A DNA stretch of 64,000 nt from Mobula hypostoma (lineage: Eukaryota), in assembly GCF_963921235.1 (NCBI RefSeq), contig NC_086109.1, forward strand, positions 8,372,001-8,436,000, given 5' to 3'. Made by a program: the position numbers and the translations under genes. A model generated the notes under the pieces. It saw only the letters and a program-made list of their open reading frames with translations, searched no databases and was not told the origin of the DNA. Shown in pieces: positions 14,201 to 29,399 of the stretch (its first letter is position 1; each line of letters begins with the position of its first letter).

Positions 14201-14455
14201 TAAAAGCTTTTACTATCTGTTTTCATATTTTGTACTAGTTTATTTTCATAATCTATTTCCCTTTCTTTATTGCTCGCTTAGTGGTTCTTTGTTGCTTTTT
14301 AAAGATTTCTTAATCTTCCAGTTTCCCTCTACTCTTAGCGACTTTGTATGCATGAGTGTTTAGTTTGATGCCTTCCTTTATTTCATTAGTTATCCAAGGC
14401 TGGCTCTCCCCACCCTTACTGTCCTTGCTTTTAACTGGAATATACTTTTGTTGAC
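11215..14455 (-). mobile_element. CR1-type LINE fragment (degenerate RT), interrupted by a Helitron
   Basis: Fragments VTPLFKKG..GNYRPVSLT, WQMEY and RTRGYSLK..FSQRVVNLWNSLP. Confidence 0.88.
11564..12761 (+). mobile_element. Non-autonomous Helitron-like element
   Basis: 5' TC start, 3' hairpin CAACGGG-tcac-CCCGTTG (12739-12756) then CCAG; inserted at host A|T with no TSD; internal ~23-aa repeats (EETRDERNARLQ). Confidence 0.75.
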
Positions 14456-15389
14456 AATTCACTGTATGCCAACCCTGAATAAACATAGTAGAAAAACTCA
14501 GTTAATCATTTTTGTAGAATATTTAAAACCAAAATAACACATAATTGTTATATTTGGATGAATTTTTAAGAAATGGTATTATTTGATTATTACCACACAG
14601 ATCATGCTGTCTTCTCACTGCTGCCATCAGGAAGGAGGTACAGGACCCACACCACCAGGTTCAAGAACACCTACTACCCCTCAACTATCAGGCTCTTGAA
14701 CCAAAGGGATAACTTCACTCACCCCAACACTGAACTGATACCACAACCTATGGACTCACTTTCAAATACTTACAATTCATACTCAAAGTATTTTTTTTTA
14801 TTAACAAAGTATATATATGACACCATATACAAAACTGAGATTCATTTTCTTATGGGCATACTCAACAAATTTATAGAATAACCATTAACAGAATCAATGA
14901 AAGACCATGCAACTAGGGTGCTTACAGTGCAGAAGATAACAAACTGTGTAAATACAAACTAAAGAAATAATATTAATAAACAATAAATAGAGAACATGAG
15001 ATGGAGTCCTTGAATTTCTCAATATTTATTGTTTATTTATAATATTTTGGGTCTTTCTTCTGTTTGCATCTGCATAGATTTGTCATCTTTTGCACATTGG
15101 TTATTTGTACATCTGTGCCATTGATTTTATTGTGTTTTTTTGTATTTACTGTGAATGCCCACATGAAAATGAATCTCAGGGTAGTATATGGTGACACATA
15201 TGGACTTTGACAATAAATTTACTTTGAACTTTGAAACCCAATGATACTTCATGACAATCCTATACTTTACAAAGTAGTGAAGTAGTCTATCACATCATTT
15301 CATTACCTGTACCACAATGAACCAAGAGTTAATTATTTCAGTGGAAGCACATTAAGAAATATTTGGCTATATTATATTAATCATGTAGA

Positions 15390-16970
15390 CTGTCCGGTAT
15401 GGGTTTCTTTAGAAGCTAACTCTGTTAATAAATTTTCTATTATTTCTCTTCTTGGATCCTCACTTCCTTTATTTGTAAGTAAACTAACTGATAATTAAAG
15501 GGTCTTGGACCGAAACGTCGACCGTACCTCTTCCTAGAGATGCTGCCTGGCCTGCTGCGTTCACCAGCAACTTTTATGTGTGTCGCTTGATAATTTAACA
15601 GTTAATCATACTCTGAGGATCTGGATACAATTTAGAAAACACTTTGGTTTATTGAGATTTTCCCTTTCAAGTCCCACTTATTCTAATTTTTTTTTAAGCC
15701 CTCCATGACTGATTCAGTTTTTAAAGAATGAGACAGACTGGGTATTAAATGTTTTTGGGAACACACATAAAAGTTGCTAGTGAACGCAGCAGGCCAGACA
15801 GCATCTCTAGGAAGAGGTACAAACGACGTTTCGGGCCGAGACCCTTTGTCAGGACTTTGGGATTTTGTTTTTGGGATCTGTTTGTTGGAGAAAATCTTTT
15901 TTCATTTGAGCAATTGTCAGCTAAGTATAACTTACACAAAACTCACTTTTTTAGATATCTACAAATCAGAGACTTTCTAAGATCTCAATTATGCACATTT
16001 CCTATAAGCTCAGATAAGAACTTACTAGATGTAATTTTTAATTTGACACCTTTTCATAATGGTTCAATATCTAATATTTATGGTATGTTACTGGAGATGA
16101 GGAATGTTCCTTTAAACAAAATTAAGAATCTCTGGGAACAAGATTTATAGACATCAATATCTGAGAAAACTTAGAATGAAATTTTTAAACTGGTTATACA
16201 ATTTATACAATTTAAGGTGGTACACAGAGCTCATATGACTAAGGATAAGCTATCTCGTTTTTATTCAGATATATCTCCCTACTGTGACAGATGTAAAAAT
16301 GGAGAAGCTTCAGTAATTCATATGTTTTGGACTTGTCCGAGTCTTGCAAAATATTGGAAGCAAGTTTTTCAAACTTTTTCCTTACTTTTCAAAGTCAATT
16401 TTAAGCATAACCCTCTGATGGCCCTATTCAGTATTGTTGCAGGACAAGATATCAAGCTGAAGACATCTGATTTACATATTTTGGCCTTTAGCTCTCTTAT
16501 AGCTAGGAGGCGCTTTTGTTTAAATGGGAAGATGTTTTCCCTCCTATTCATGCTCAATGGTTATCAATGTTATATAATGCTTAGATTTAGAGAAGATTCG
16601 TTGTTCAATTTCTGAATCTTGTCAAGACTTTCAAACATTATGGGGACCTTTTCTGAATTATTTTCAAAACCTTCAATTCGTTGTTTAAATTCAGATGTTG
16701 GCTACTATTAATTTTATTATATGAGAAGGCATTTTACCTTTTTTTTCTCCTTAATAAACAGCTTCCGTCTAGGTAGGGGGTTAGACTTTTTTTTGTATTA
16801 AATTAGTTATTTCAATATAACTATTAACACATAAATACGGGGTAATGAGATTATTATTATGAATAGATAATGTAATTGGTAGTTTTAAAACAATCTTTGA
16901 CCTTTTATATATACTTTCTTGTACTCTGTATTCTTCTATGTAGAAACTAATAAAAATATTGTAAAGAAAT
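15390..16970 (+). mobile_element. L1/Tx1-type LINE ORF2 3' fragment
   Basis: HFFRYLQIRDF and zinc-knuckle CDRC...HMFWTCP motifs; AATAAA and A-rich end near 16950. Confidence 0.85.
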
Positions 16971-17549
16971 ACAAGGTAGTCTACATTAACCACCAGCTGT
17001 ATTGCTTTTTAAGTTAAAAAGACAAACTGTGAAAATTAAAACTGCACCTCAATCAAAACCAAGTGTCACTGCTGAAGGAAGGTCAGAAGGAAGGTGACAT
17101 AATCAAGTCATCATCATCAACAATGAAAACTGCTTCAGTAAGTCTGCCAGGCTGATTTTGTAAAATAAAAGTAGCACATAGGTAGGTGGATTTACACAAT
17201 AATCCAAATAAGCACTGAAATTATTCCAAATTCAGGTCCATGAGGATTGGAAAAAAGGTCAAATCTCATCAAAGTGAGATCACCAAATGGCAAACTAAAT
17301 ATTACAAATATTTGAATGACTATGTTAAACGGAAACCAGTGGAAAACCTGAACTGTTCTGGAGCCCCATTCAATACTATGTGCATAAAAAAAACAGAAAA
17401 TTTTTGCAACAGTCAGAGGATCAGGAAGTTTCTCTGGAAAGGGAAAACGAGATAGCATTTTAGGTCCAAAATAATTCACTTCATCCTTCTTTCAATACAT
17501 GGTGCTGTCCAGATAACTTTAACAAAATAAGTTAAAGCCAGAAACCTTA

Positions 17550-17738
<189 letters not shown>

Positions 17739-18879
17739 TTATGAAAAATTATTCAGGATAAGAACAATGCTGGCAATAAAACCACTTATACATATTGAAT
17801 TCTGTGAGGAAACCAACTTGACGTTTCAGGTTGATGCCCTTTCATTGAAACTAGTATAGTAGCATCTACAGAGACAAAATAGGTTATACCATGGCAGACG
17901 CTTGGACAACAATCTGCAGTTATAGCAAATGATCCTTCTCCTAACAGAGCTGATGCGCAATAGGCAACTTTGCCAGTGTGCTTCTAATCATTGCTTCCAC
18001 CCCATTCTCCTTAAACACCTGACCACAGATGCAAGAGATTCTGCAGATGCTGGAAATCCAGAGTAACACACAGAAAATGATGGAGGAACTCATCAGATCA
18101 GGCAACATCCATGGAGAGGAATAATTCAGTTGATAATTCAGGCAGAGACTCTAGCTCCTTTCCTCTCTTGCTGAATAACAACACTAAATTCAAGCAGTCT
18201 GTCTCCCTTTCAAGTTCACCATCATGAACCCTCTTCAAAGAGTGGATTTTCTTTACTTGCTAACTACTGTCCTAATGCTCACATTTCTTCCATAGTTCCT
18301 GGATGCCTTGTTAACCCTTACCACCCCAACCTTTCCCAATCGTTACAATCTCCCTTGTAAATAGTGAAAAGGATGGGAGATGCATGTGTGCACGGATTAG
18401 TAGTTCTGTGGATATTCCACACAGTATTAATTAACAAGAGGTAAAAAAGACAGTGAAAAAGAAATAAAAAGTACATCAGCAGAAGCTGCCAATTTCTATC
18501 CATGGCCAGAAGAATAGCAGGAAATCACTTGATTATAACAATGAATCAGAGTTGGCCAAAGTACATCAATTGGATAATTCACCTCAAAAACATCTAACAG
18601 ATTGAGCAGCCACAGACTGTAGTGTTCACACTTGCCAAGTGTGTTGGATGATTAAATGTTCTGCTGTAGTCCCCACACTCATCCAATGTTAAATCATCTA
18701 ACAACTAATGAAGGCTGGCCATCGTGACAATAACGCAGTTTGGACACTAGAGGTACTCAGCAAGCAATGCAAGTGACAAATCTACATTTAGTGGCAGGAA
18801 ACACTTGCAGTTATTCCTTCCATAGTTTGTACACAGTCCTATATTATACATACAAAATGATGGAGGAACTCAGCAGGTC

Positions 18880-19470
18880 AGGATCGGAATCACGTTGATT
18901 ATCACCGGCATGTGTCATGACATTTGTTAACTTAGCAGCAGCAGTTCAATGCAATACATAATATCAAAGGAGGAAAAAAATAGTAAAATAATAATAAATC
19001 AATCAATTACAGTATACATATATAGAATAGATTAAAAAATCTTGCAAAAAAAGCAAATAATAAGTATTAACAAAGTGAGGTAGTGTCCAAGGATTCAATG
19101 TCCATTTAGGAATCGGATGGCAGGGGGGATAAAGCTGTTCCTGAATTGCTGAGTGTGTACCTTCAGGTTTCTGTACCTACCGCCTGATGTTGTCAGTGAG
19201 AAAAGGGCATGCCCTGGGTGCTGGAGGTCCTTAATAATGGACGCTGCCTTTCTGAGACACCGCTCCTTGAAGATGTCTTGGGTACTTTGTAGGCCAGTGC
19301 CCAAGATGGAGACAACTAAATTTACAACCCTCTGCAGCCTCTTTTGGTCCTGTGCAGTACCCCCCATCCCCAACAGTGATGCAGCCTGTCAGAATGCTCT
19401 CCAGGGTACATCTCTAAATTTGTTGACATACCAAATCTCTTCAAACTCCTAATGAAGTATAGTCGCTGCC
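18880..19470 (-). mobile_element. Rex1/Babar-type LINE 3' fragment
   Basis: KAASIIKD.QHPGHALFSL..SGGRYR; closely similar to 61600-62200. Confidence 0.8.
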
Positions 19471-19939
19471 TTCAGGCAGCATTATGAAGAGGAGCAAATA
19501 ATTGGGCCGACACCCTTCATCAGATCTCCAGAACAGTCCTGTATGACATTTGCGTATTTATTCAAGAATGGGTTTGGCTTCTCAGCTCTATCTTAGAACC
19601 TAATGTTTGCAAATTAGCATAATTAGCATCAACAGTCAAATTGGAACCAGTTATTTAATATGATTTCCTGGATCATAAAACCCAAGGTGAGGTTATACAT
19701 CCATTGGACTATGGCATAAAATTATTATTTTTCTTGTAGTTTAACTTTCTAATGCTTTTTTAAATTTTTAGACAATCATCTATATACACAGGATTGTTCA
19801 GAGTTTTCTAGTGGTTACACCGGCCCCTGTATTTTTCTGGAAAACTCTTAGTTTTAGTGGTGGGTGTTACATTAATTAAATTTGGCTATTTCATTGGTTA
19901 ATGTTATCAATGGAATTTACTGTTATCAGTAGTCTGGTA

Positions 19940-20480
19940 TAAGACGACCTCTCCACCTTTAACAAACTGTCGACCGACTTCTTTTATAAACCTACCGATT
20001 TCCACGGTTATCTTGATTCTACCTCTTCCCGCACTATCTCCTGTAAAAATGCTGTTCCCTTTTCTCAGTTCCTTAATCTCTGTCAAATCTGTTCTCAGGA
20101 TGTGGTTTTCCTTTACAGGACATCAGAGATGTCCTCCTTCTTCAAAGAACAGGGTTTCTCTTCCTCCACCACTGATGCTGCCCTCACCTGTATCTCCTCA
20201 ATTTCCTGATCACCCTCATCTTCTTGCCGCCTCAACAGTGATGAGTTCCTCTTATCCCCTCATCTACCACCCCACAACCCTCCGCATCCAACACATCATT
20301 CTCTGCAACTTCCGCCACTTCCAAAGGGATCCGACCACCAAACATACCTTTACCTCTTCCCCTTTCTCCCCTTTCTGCAGGGATCACTCCAATTCCCTCG
20401 GTCATTCATCCCTCCCCACCAATCTCCCTCCTGGCACTTATCCCTCAAGTGGCCACAGTGTTACACGTGTCCATTCACCT
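19940..20480 (+). mobile_element. Penelope-like element, RT C-terminal fragment
   Basis: Degenerate FYKPTD.HGYLD.TSS...KNAVPFSQF...ICSQD and IQHIILCNFRHFQRDPTTKH. Confidence 0.7.
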
Positions 20481-22172
20481 CCAGGTGCAACAGTTTCCTC
20501 CTACAGTTCAAAGACATACCACCTGGTAGGTTAATTGATCATTGTTAATTGTCCCTTAATTGGGTTAGAATTAAATTGAGGGATTGCAGGGCGGCACAGC
20601 TTGAAGGGCTTATTTGATGCTGTATCTCAATAAATAAATAAAACAGTTATCTTTCCCAGGCAGAGAGACTAAACAACACCTCCACTTACTAACTCACCCT
20701 TCTACACTCCCCCACTACCGCTACTTTATAATCACCTGTCAGAATCACCTTATGTACAGATACTCCTGTACCTAGTGTCATCTTATGGACATATAATTAA
20801 TGTATAAGCCATCTCACATATTTATAATATTTTTAATATGTTCTTTATCTTATTGTGTTTTTTTTGTACTGCATCAGATCTGGAGTAACAATTATTCTGT
20901 TCTCCTTTGTGCACCAGAAATGACATTAAACAATCTTGAATCACAGTGAAAAATAGCCATTTAATGCTTGGTAGAGCAAGACTGCTTTACTAAGTTGTCT
21001 TCTGAGGCAGCACCTCAGAATCGGTGACAACTTATTTCCTCTTTGTTTCCATGTGGTGAGGCGGCTAATCCCACAAATGAAGGGGATAACATGTGAGGAG
21101 CGTTTGATGGCTCTGGGCATTTACTTGCTGGAGCCTTGAGAATGAAGGGGGGGTCCAACTGAAACCTATTGAATACTGAAACCCCAAGATAGAGTGAACG
21201 TAGAGAGGATGTTTACTACAGCGTGAGAGTCTAGAACCAAAGGGCACAGCCTCAGATTGTGGAAGATGTCACATTAGAACAGAGATGAGGAGGAATTTCT
21301 GCAGCCAGAAGGTGGTGAATCTGTGGAATTCATTGCCACAGATGGCTGTGAAGACCACGTCATTGCATGTATTTAAAGTGGAGAATGACAGGTTTTTGAT
21401 TAGTAACAAAAGTAATGTCAAAAGTAATGGGGAGAAGTCAGAAGAATGGGCTGATGGAGCAGACCTGATGGCCTAATTCTGTTCCTATATCTTACAGCCT
21501 AATGCAGCTAGTGTGTGATCTGTGGTCCAGGGTTGGAGGTGCTTGCTGAGGTTTGTACAGGGATAGATTGTAAGGTGGTAAGCTGATTACAATCTGGACC
21601 ACATTGAGTTCTGATGAAAGGTCTCAACCCAAAAAGTTGACTGTTTATTCCCTTGCATAGATACCGAGTTCCACCAGCATTCTGAGAGTTGCATCTGCAG
21701 AATATTTTGTGTTTAAGCATAACAGGCAAGGTGTTTTATGGTACTTCCCAAGAAACTAACTAGAATAGAGAGTGGTGAATCTGTGGAATTCTCTGCCACA
21801 GGAAACTGTTGAGGCCAGTTCATTGGCTATGTTTAAGAGGGAGTTAGATATGGCCCTTGTGGCTACAGGGGTCAGGGGGTATGGAGGGAAGGCTGGGGCG
21901 GGGTTCTGAGTTGGATGATCAGCCATGATCATAATAAATGGCGGTGCAGGCTCGAAGGGCCGAATGGCCTACTCCTGCCCCTATTTTCTATGTTTCTATG
22001 TTTCTATAATGCATCTGAAAGTTCTATCCACCAGATTTTTTTTGTTCATGAACACCTTTTGTTATTGCACACTATTCAAACTTTGTCAAACATTTAAGTC
22101 CTGTCAAAACATAGTGGCATAAGTGGAAAAGGGAAATTGGCAGTTAACTATTTTATTTGTGAGGAAGTCAAG

Positions 22173-22253
22173 CAGGGGTTCCCAACCTGGGGTCCACGGA
22201 TCTCTCAGTTAATAGTAAGGCTCTGTGGCATGAAAAAGGTTGGGAACCCCCTG
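22173..22253. mobile_element. hAT-like MITE
   Basis: TIRs CAGGGGTTCCCAACCT / AGGTTGGGAACCCCCTG; related degenerate copy at ~324-402. Confidence 0.65.
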
Positions 22254-22679
22254 AAGTAGGGGTTTTGATGGGGCTACGTTAGTCTACTAAGTAAAATAAT
22301 AAAATTAAATTAAGAGGAAAAATATGTAAGAAAAGTTCCTTACTATGAGTTATTTGTTCCAGATCATAGATAACTGACCACTGATTTCACCTTTGTGCAA
22401 CAGATCACAACTTTTATATATCTTTGAGGAATTCCTACATAAAATCTAAATCCCCTTCCCCTTGTAAAATCCTTATGTCAGCTCTAAAACTTTACAAAGA
22501 GAGGTTCAACACTTAATCAAATATGGTAGTAGTGTGGCTGGTGGCTAATGGGTGGAGTTGTTGATCAGCCTGACAGCTTGGGGGAAAGAAACTGTTTTTC
22601 AGTCTGCTGGTCCTAGCATTGATGCCGTCATGCCTCTTCCTTGAGTAAGCAAGAGATTTAACCCTTACAAATGAATATA

Positions 22680-23180
22680 CACTCAGTGGCCACTTTATTA
22701 GGTACACCTGCCCATTAATGCAAATACCTTATCAGCCAATCTAATAAACAACAAAAACACACAGACTGGTCAAGAGGTTCAGCTGGTGTTCAGACCATAT
22801 ATCAGAATGGGGAAGAAATGTAATCCAAGTGAGTCTCACTGTGGAATAATTATTGGTGCCAGACATGGTGGATTGAGTACCTCAGAAGCTGCTGATATCC
22901 TGGAATTTTCATGTCTAGAATTTACAGAGGATGGTGCAAAAAAACAAACAAACAAAAAAAAAAGCGAGCCGCACTTCTAGGGGTGAAAACACCTTATTAA
23001 TGAGAGAGGTCAGGTGAGAGTGGCCAGACTAGTTCAAACTCAAATAATCACGCATTACAAGTGGTGTACAGAAGAGCGTCTCTGAACTCACAACAACAGT
23101 CGAACCCTGAAGTGGATGGATACAGAAGCGGAAGAGCACACTGGGTTCCACTCCTGTACTAATAGAGTGGCCACTGAGTA
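22680..23180 (+). mobile_element. Tc1/mariner deletion derivative
   Basis: TA-flanked TIRs CACTCAGTGGCCACTTTATTAG; transposase N-terminal remnant IIGARHGGLSTSEAADILEFS. Confidence 0.8.
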
Positions 23181-23275
23181 TACTCAGCACGTGTTAAAAT
23201 TACAACTATTGACAATTTGTACATGCTCTTTGGAAGCTTTATTCATGTCAGTAAAACATTTGTCTGTTGTTTTAC

Positions 23276-23350
23276 CTCCTTCAATGTGAAGGTCTCCCCT
23301 GATGCACCTGCTTCCTGTAGAATGTTCAGCAGAGGCACCTTTGGCCTTAT
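23276..23350 (-). CDS. MDM4: MDM4 exon 3
   Basis: cttcag|ATA...GAG|gtaaaa, 75 nt. Encodes IRPKVPLLNILQEAGASGETFTLKE, similar to human VRPKLPLLKILHAAGAQGEMFTVKE. Confidence 0.96.
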
Positions 23351-23936
23351 CTGAAGAGAAAAACAAAAGCACAGCCGATTTAAAATTTATAGAACACTTT
23401 ATTTCCCCCATCACCCAGAACATACACTCAGGAGCCGGAAGACACACACTCAATGTTTTAGGAACAGCTTCTTCCCCTGCACTATGGGATTTCTGAATGG
23501 ACAATGAACCCATGAACACTACTTCACAATTTTTGCTCTTTTTTTGCACTACTTATTTATCTTAACTTAGTTTTTATATATTTCTTATTGTAACTTACAG
23601 TAATTTTTATGATTGCATCGTACTGGTGCTGCAAAACAAGTTTCCCGACGTGTCAGTGATAATAAATGTGATTCTGATTCACATTAGCTACCCACACAAG
23701 CTTTTATTTTCAATAAGTAAAAGTTCCAACAAAATACCAGAGGCACATATTTAGCCCTGTGAGTAACATTACTAATCATGCAAAGCATTATGAAAATTCT
23801 GATTCAAGTTTATTAATAATTCAGACAAAATATTTGAAACAAGCAGTGTCAACTTTCCAACACAGAAACTCCGCCATTACAACTGCTGACAAGAGCTATA
23901 AATTTCAAGCCACGTTTGTAGATAATCTGTAGTTAC

Positions 23937-24014
23937 CTGGCCAACCTTCTCCGCTGAAATACTGCATGGATTACCAGATGATGTATATGATTTAGATGTA
24001 GAAGCTGTTGTCAT
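23937..24014 (-). CDS. MDM4: MDM4 exon 2, coding part (whole exon 23937-24030); start codon
   Basis: caccag| 16 nt UTR, ATG at 24014, 26 codons MTTASTSKSYTSSGNPCSISAEKVGQ|gtaact. Same 26-codon size as human exon 2. Confidence 0.92.
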
Positions 24015-26629
24015 GTTGACAGAGGTTTGCCTGGTGTTAGGGAAAAGAGAGGGTGATTATTAGTGAATAAATTTTTTACACAATCAAAGAGGAAAACTTG
24101 TTAAAACTAAGTGACCAAACTGGCATTAAAATGACAATTAATCCAGTTGATTTTCCATTTTTAGTCATTGGGATTTAGTTTTATTAGATGTTTACAGTTA
24201 GGCCACAGCTTGAGTAAAATTTTAAACAAATTAGCTTTATTTGTCCTGTACATCAAAACATACAGTGAAATACCGTACATTGTTTGAACAACCAACGAAG
24301 GCTGAAATGATGAGATTCCACTGGAACAAGTGCAGACAGGATCTATAAAAATAATGCCAATGACTAAAACTGTAGCCTCAAAGAAAAATCAGATAAGCTG
24401 AAGAGAGACTTAATTGATGTGGATTGAAGAGCCTTAAAAAATCCTCATTGATGAGAGTGTCAGCAACATGAAAGCATGTCAGTGCCTCTATTTCCTCAGG
24501 AACTTGCAAAGATTCAGCATAATATTTATAACTTCGACAAACTTGTGCTGGAGAGTATACTGACTGACTCCATCACAGACTAGTATGAAAACACCAATGC
24601 CCTTGAACAGAAAATCCTTCAAAAGGAACAGATACAGCTCAGTCCATCATGGGTAAAGCCCTCCCTACCATCTACATGGAGTTTTAGATGGTGCTTTCCC
24701 GCAACATTATCAGGGACCCCCACCATCCAGGTCATGCTCTCTTCTTGCTGCTGCCATCAGGAAGAAGGTACAGGAGTCTCAGGACTCACACTACCAGGTT
24801 CAGGAACAGTTGTTACCCCTCAACCATAAGGCTCTTGAACCAAAGAGGGTAACTTTACTCAATTTAACTTGTCCCATCACTGAAATGAATCTATGGACTC
24901 ACTTTCAAGGACTCTTCATCTCATGTTCTTGATAATTATTGCTAATGTATTTAATATTACTATTTACTTTGTATTTGCAGTTTATCGTCCTTTGTGCACC
25001 AAGTTGGTGCTGCCTTTCATTGATTGTATGATGGTTATTGGATTAAGTATGCCCGCAAGAAAAGGAATCTCAGGGTTGTTTATGGTGACATATATACACC
25101 TTGATAATAGATTTACTTTGAACTTTAAATAAACACAAGAGAGTCCACACATGATGAGTCTTGATGGAGGTCTCGGTCCAAAATATCAACTGTTTATTCC
25201 CCTCCAAAGATATTGGAAGTGTTGCCTTCTGTAACCAGTCCCTACAGTTCCCACCATTTCAACAGGCTGTTCTTTCCATGGCTTAGCCAAGAGTGTCTTT
25301 CATGTCTACAAGGAATATCTGAGGGTACAGCCCAAGTATCTGATGGGGGTACTCCTCACATTCTGGCTGACCTTCAACCTTTTGGAAGTGGGAAGGACTG
25401 TTAAGGGAGCTCCTCACTGATGTACTACTGGGCCTGGCCAAGAGAGCCTTGGTAGATTCAGGTAGCATGTGATAGGGGGAGGTTCCCCCATGCCAACTGT
25501 TTAACCTCTCCTGAAACAATATTCATGCCCTGACATTCTGAAAGAGGAAGCAGTGTCCACTTGCCACTTGAAAGCCTTCAAGTAACCAAGAGGTTGGAGT
25601 GCATGCACTCTTGACCCAGAAAACATTTTACTTGGATCCAGGACCTGGCCATCTGTGATCAAAGTGCTGAAGTTTGAACACGGTGCAAATGGCAGACACA
25701 ACAGTTGGGATGGCATGTGCTTTGTAAATTTTCCAATGAGTTTATTTCTAGTAATCAATCCATTGTTTTAGTATATGGAAAGGATTTCACAGCCATTTCT
25801 CTGTTCTTTTAATACAAACAGCAAAGATTAGAGTCATTCAGACTCCTGTCATTTGCCTTTTTTTTTCCCAGAAGGTCAATTCTCCAATGGGGTACAAAAT
25901 GTGCGAAGACCAAGGAGTAGACTTAAGAATGAGGACACTTCAATCTTGCTCTCTCAGCTAACACTATCATCCCATATAAGATGAAGAAAACACCTCCCGA
26001 TTTGCATTCAACACATGATCTAATTGTTGAATATTTTAAATCAGAAACAAATAGTGCTAATAGTGCAGAGCTGCACACAGTAACCTGAAACATTTCAACT
26101 GCCTGACCTTCTTTAGAAATTACTATCTAATCAATATAATAAATGTAGAACCAAATTCTTTAGTGTTCTCTTGCCAAAGAATATTCCTCTGTGTAAGGAT
26201 GTACAAAATGGTTGAAACCTGCCACTTTAATGAAACAACAAACGTGGGTTTATACAAAAGTGCAAAGCCTAAGGGATCATGCTTTGTATTGCCAGGTGCA
26301 TTCACTTCCTTAAAAATCAACCACAACTTTGGAGACAGTTGGTACAATTTTATAGATTTGCAGGTGTTTAAGCTGCTTGAACACACGCAGATGTATCAAA
26401 CTTCCATTTTTGTGTCCAGAACTCAGTGCACTGGACAATTCCAGTGGCACTAATTACTACAACAAATCATATCAATGAGCCATTACAGGAATGCTAGATT
26501 TATTATCCCTCTTAAACTCATTCTCCTACCTTCTCCCAATGACCCTAATAATCACATTTTTGACCTGTTTCTGAAGCATCTTGGAACATTTTGCCATTCT
26601 GAAGACATGTGTGTCTGATGCTCCTGATG

Positions 26630-27195
26630 TCACCTCCTCTAGATTGGGAAGACCATCATAAATTGGGGGACCACTCGGTGAGAACCTTCGCACCATCCAC
26701 TTAAAGCGGAACTTCCTGTTGGCCAAACCATGGTTTCCTTTTGTGCCAAGATGAGGTCACCCTCAGGGTGGAGCAGCAACACCTTATATTCCGTCTAGGT
26801 AGCCTCCAACCTGATGGCATGAATATTGATTTCTCCTTCTGGTAAATAAAATTCCCTCTCATCCCCTCTTTTTCTATTCCCCACTTTGGCATCTTAACTC
26901 TTCACACCTGCCTATCACCTCCTCCTGCTTTTCTCCCATGGTCCACTCTCCTATCAGAATCCTTCTTCTCCAGCCCTCTATCTTTCCTGTCCACCTATCA
27001 CCTTCTAGCTATTCTCCTTTCCCTCCCTGCCCCCACCATTTTATTCTGGCATCTTCCCCCTTCCTTTCCAGTCCTCCACCCAAAACATCAACTCTCTGTT
27101 CATTTTGTGGATGCTGCCTGACTTGCTGAGTTCCTCCAGCATTTTGTGTATATTGCTTTGGATTTCCAGCATCTGCAGAATTTCTCGAGTTTATA
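26630..27195 (+). mobile_element. Penelope-like element 3' end (GIY-YIG C-terminus plus terminal repeat)
   Basis: EQQHLIFRLGSLQPDGMNIDFS, then a pyrimidine tract, then the GATGCTGCCTGACTTGCTGAGTTCCTCCAGC repeat arm. Confidence 0.75.
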
Positions 27196-29399
27196 GATCA
27201 ATAGTTTTAAATACAAACTGTTTTCTTTCATGAAATTCAAGTATTAATTTAGTGCCATTGATTCTTTACCTTTGTAGAGATGATGGTGAACCATTCTGAA
27301 AGGTTATTCTCCATTTTTATTACTCATTTTGAGATATAGCCCTTTCTGGCCACATCGCCCGATTACACCCACATGACCAACTAATCCACTTACCTGTATG
27401 TCTTTGAAATGAGAGAGGAAACCAGGGCACAGGGAGACTTCCTACAGACAGTGGCAGAATTAAACCTGGGTCGCTTGCATTTAAAAATTTATCTGAGATA
27501 CAGTGCGGTGTAGGTCATTCTGGCCCTTCGAACCGGCTGCCCAGAAATCCCACTGTTTAATCCAAGCCTAGTCATGAGACAACTTACAATGACCTACCAA
27601 CCGGTACATCTTCGGATTATGAGAGGAAACTGGAGCACCCGGAGGAAACCCACACGGTCACAGGGAGAACGTACAAGCTCCTTACAGACAGTGGCAGGAT
27701 TGAACCCGGGTCGCTGGTACTGTAAAGCCACTACACTACTGTGCCATAGAGCTAACGCTAGCCTCCTTATTACAACACAGCAGATTGGTGGGCCATTTCA
27801 GAAAGCAGTTCAGAATAAACCATTTTTAACAAATGTTAAAATAGGATGAAAGCATGATTTCTCTTTCAGGAACTTCCCATTACTCAACAGGAAGCCATTG
27901 CCCTGCAACTCATCCCATGTGTGGTAATCAACTATACAGTACTGTAACTTGAGGCAACATCTCTTTTTGGTCACTTATGACTCATAATTTAGTAATGGAT
28001 GCTCCAAATGGATTTATAGGTCCTTCCCTATTCCAGGACAAATGAGTGTTTTCGATACCCTGCCAACATCAGCACAAAACAAGGAACTCAACATATTTAC
28101 CATTTTAAACTTTGCAAGCTACACACAACTTCAAATGCACTTTATTTTAAGGGGTGTAGTGGTTAGCATTTGCTGTAAGACAGGTGTTTAATTATCACTG
28201 CTGTGAGCAGTTTGAACGTTCTCCCCATGGGTTTCCTCTAGGTGCTCCTTTCCTCCCACATTCCAAGATGTAAGGGCTAGTAATTTGCGGCCATGTTACA
28301 TTGGAGCCAGATGCCTGGTGAAACTTGTGGGCTACTCCCAATACATCTCATACTATCTTAGTTGTTGACACAAACAACATATTTCACTGTGTTTCGATGT
28401 ACATCTGACAAATAAAGCTAATCTTTAAAATCCTTCCTCCAGCAGATTGTTGCTTTAGCAGTCTTGTGTCTTTGTTATAAAGCACAGTACCAGTCCTTCA
28501 GTCTACGATGCTGTGTTGACCTTTATAAACCTACTCTAAGATCAATCAAACCCTACCCTCCTATACAGACCATATCCCTCCTTTTATCCTTCATCCATGT
28601 GCCCCACAGGTCCCTTAAACATCTGTAATGTATCAGCCTTTACTACCACCCCGAGTGCATTTCAGGCACCTGCCACACTCTGTGTAAAAAGAACTTCCTC
28701 CGCTTGCCTTAAAAGAATGTTCTCTGGTACTCAAGTCAAGGCACTTTTTATTGTCATTTCGACCTTAACTGCTGGTACAGTACACAGTAAAAATGAGATG
28801 TTTTTCAGGACTATGGTGCTACATGAAACAACACAAAAACTACACTAGACTACAGACCTACCCAGGACTGCATAAAGTGCACAAAACAGTACAGGCATTA
28901 CAATAAATCATAAACAAGACAACAGGCATGGTAGAGGGCAGTAGGCTGGTGTCAGTCCAGGCTCTGGGTATTGAGGAGTCTGATGGCTTGGGGATTGCCC
29001 AGAGCCCACTCGATTTCTGAACATATCAACTGAATGATTGTATGGCGGAACTGTCACACAGTTGCTGCTGATATCTTCTGACAAAATCCATCCACATATG
29101 GACATGTATCTCAGAAACAAACAGAAATAGGTGTCAGCCACTCTGCCCTCAGTACAATCATCATTCAACCTCAATACCATAACCTTTTACTTGGAACTGC
29201 ATCAAAGTCCTTCTGAGAAGTTACATTCACTGCATCCTGTTTCTTTTCCTACCTATTTTACCAGACATACTACCAAAAAAAATCCGTCAAACATGATTTC
29301 CTTATTTAAATTCTTAAGATACCTCTTTATGAAAGAGCATTGCAGTGACCCCCAGATGACTGGTCAATATTCAATCACTGGTCAACAATACCATATCTT

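Noticed and set aside
15498..15860. One large inverted-repeat element enclosing L1 sequence
   Set aside because: Each arm has its own flanking direct repeat, so these are two independent insertions.
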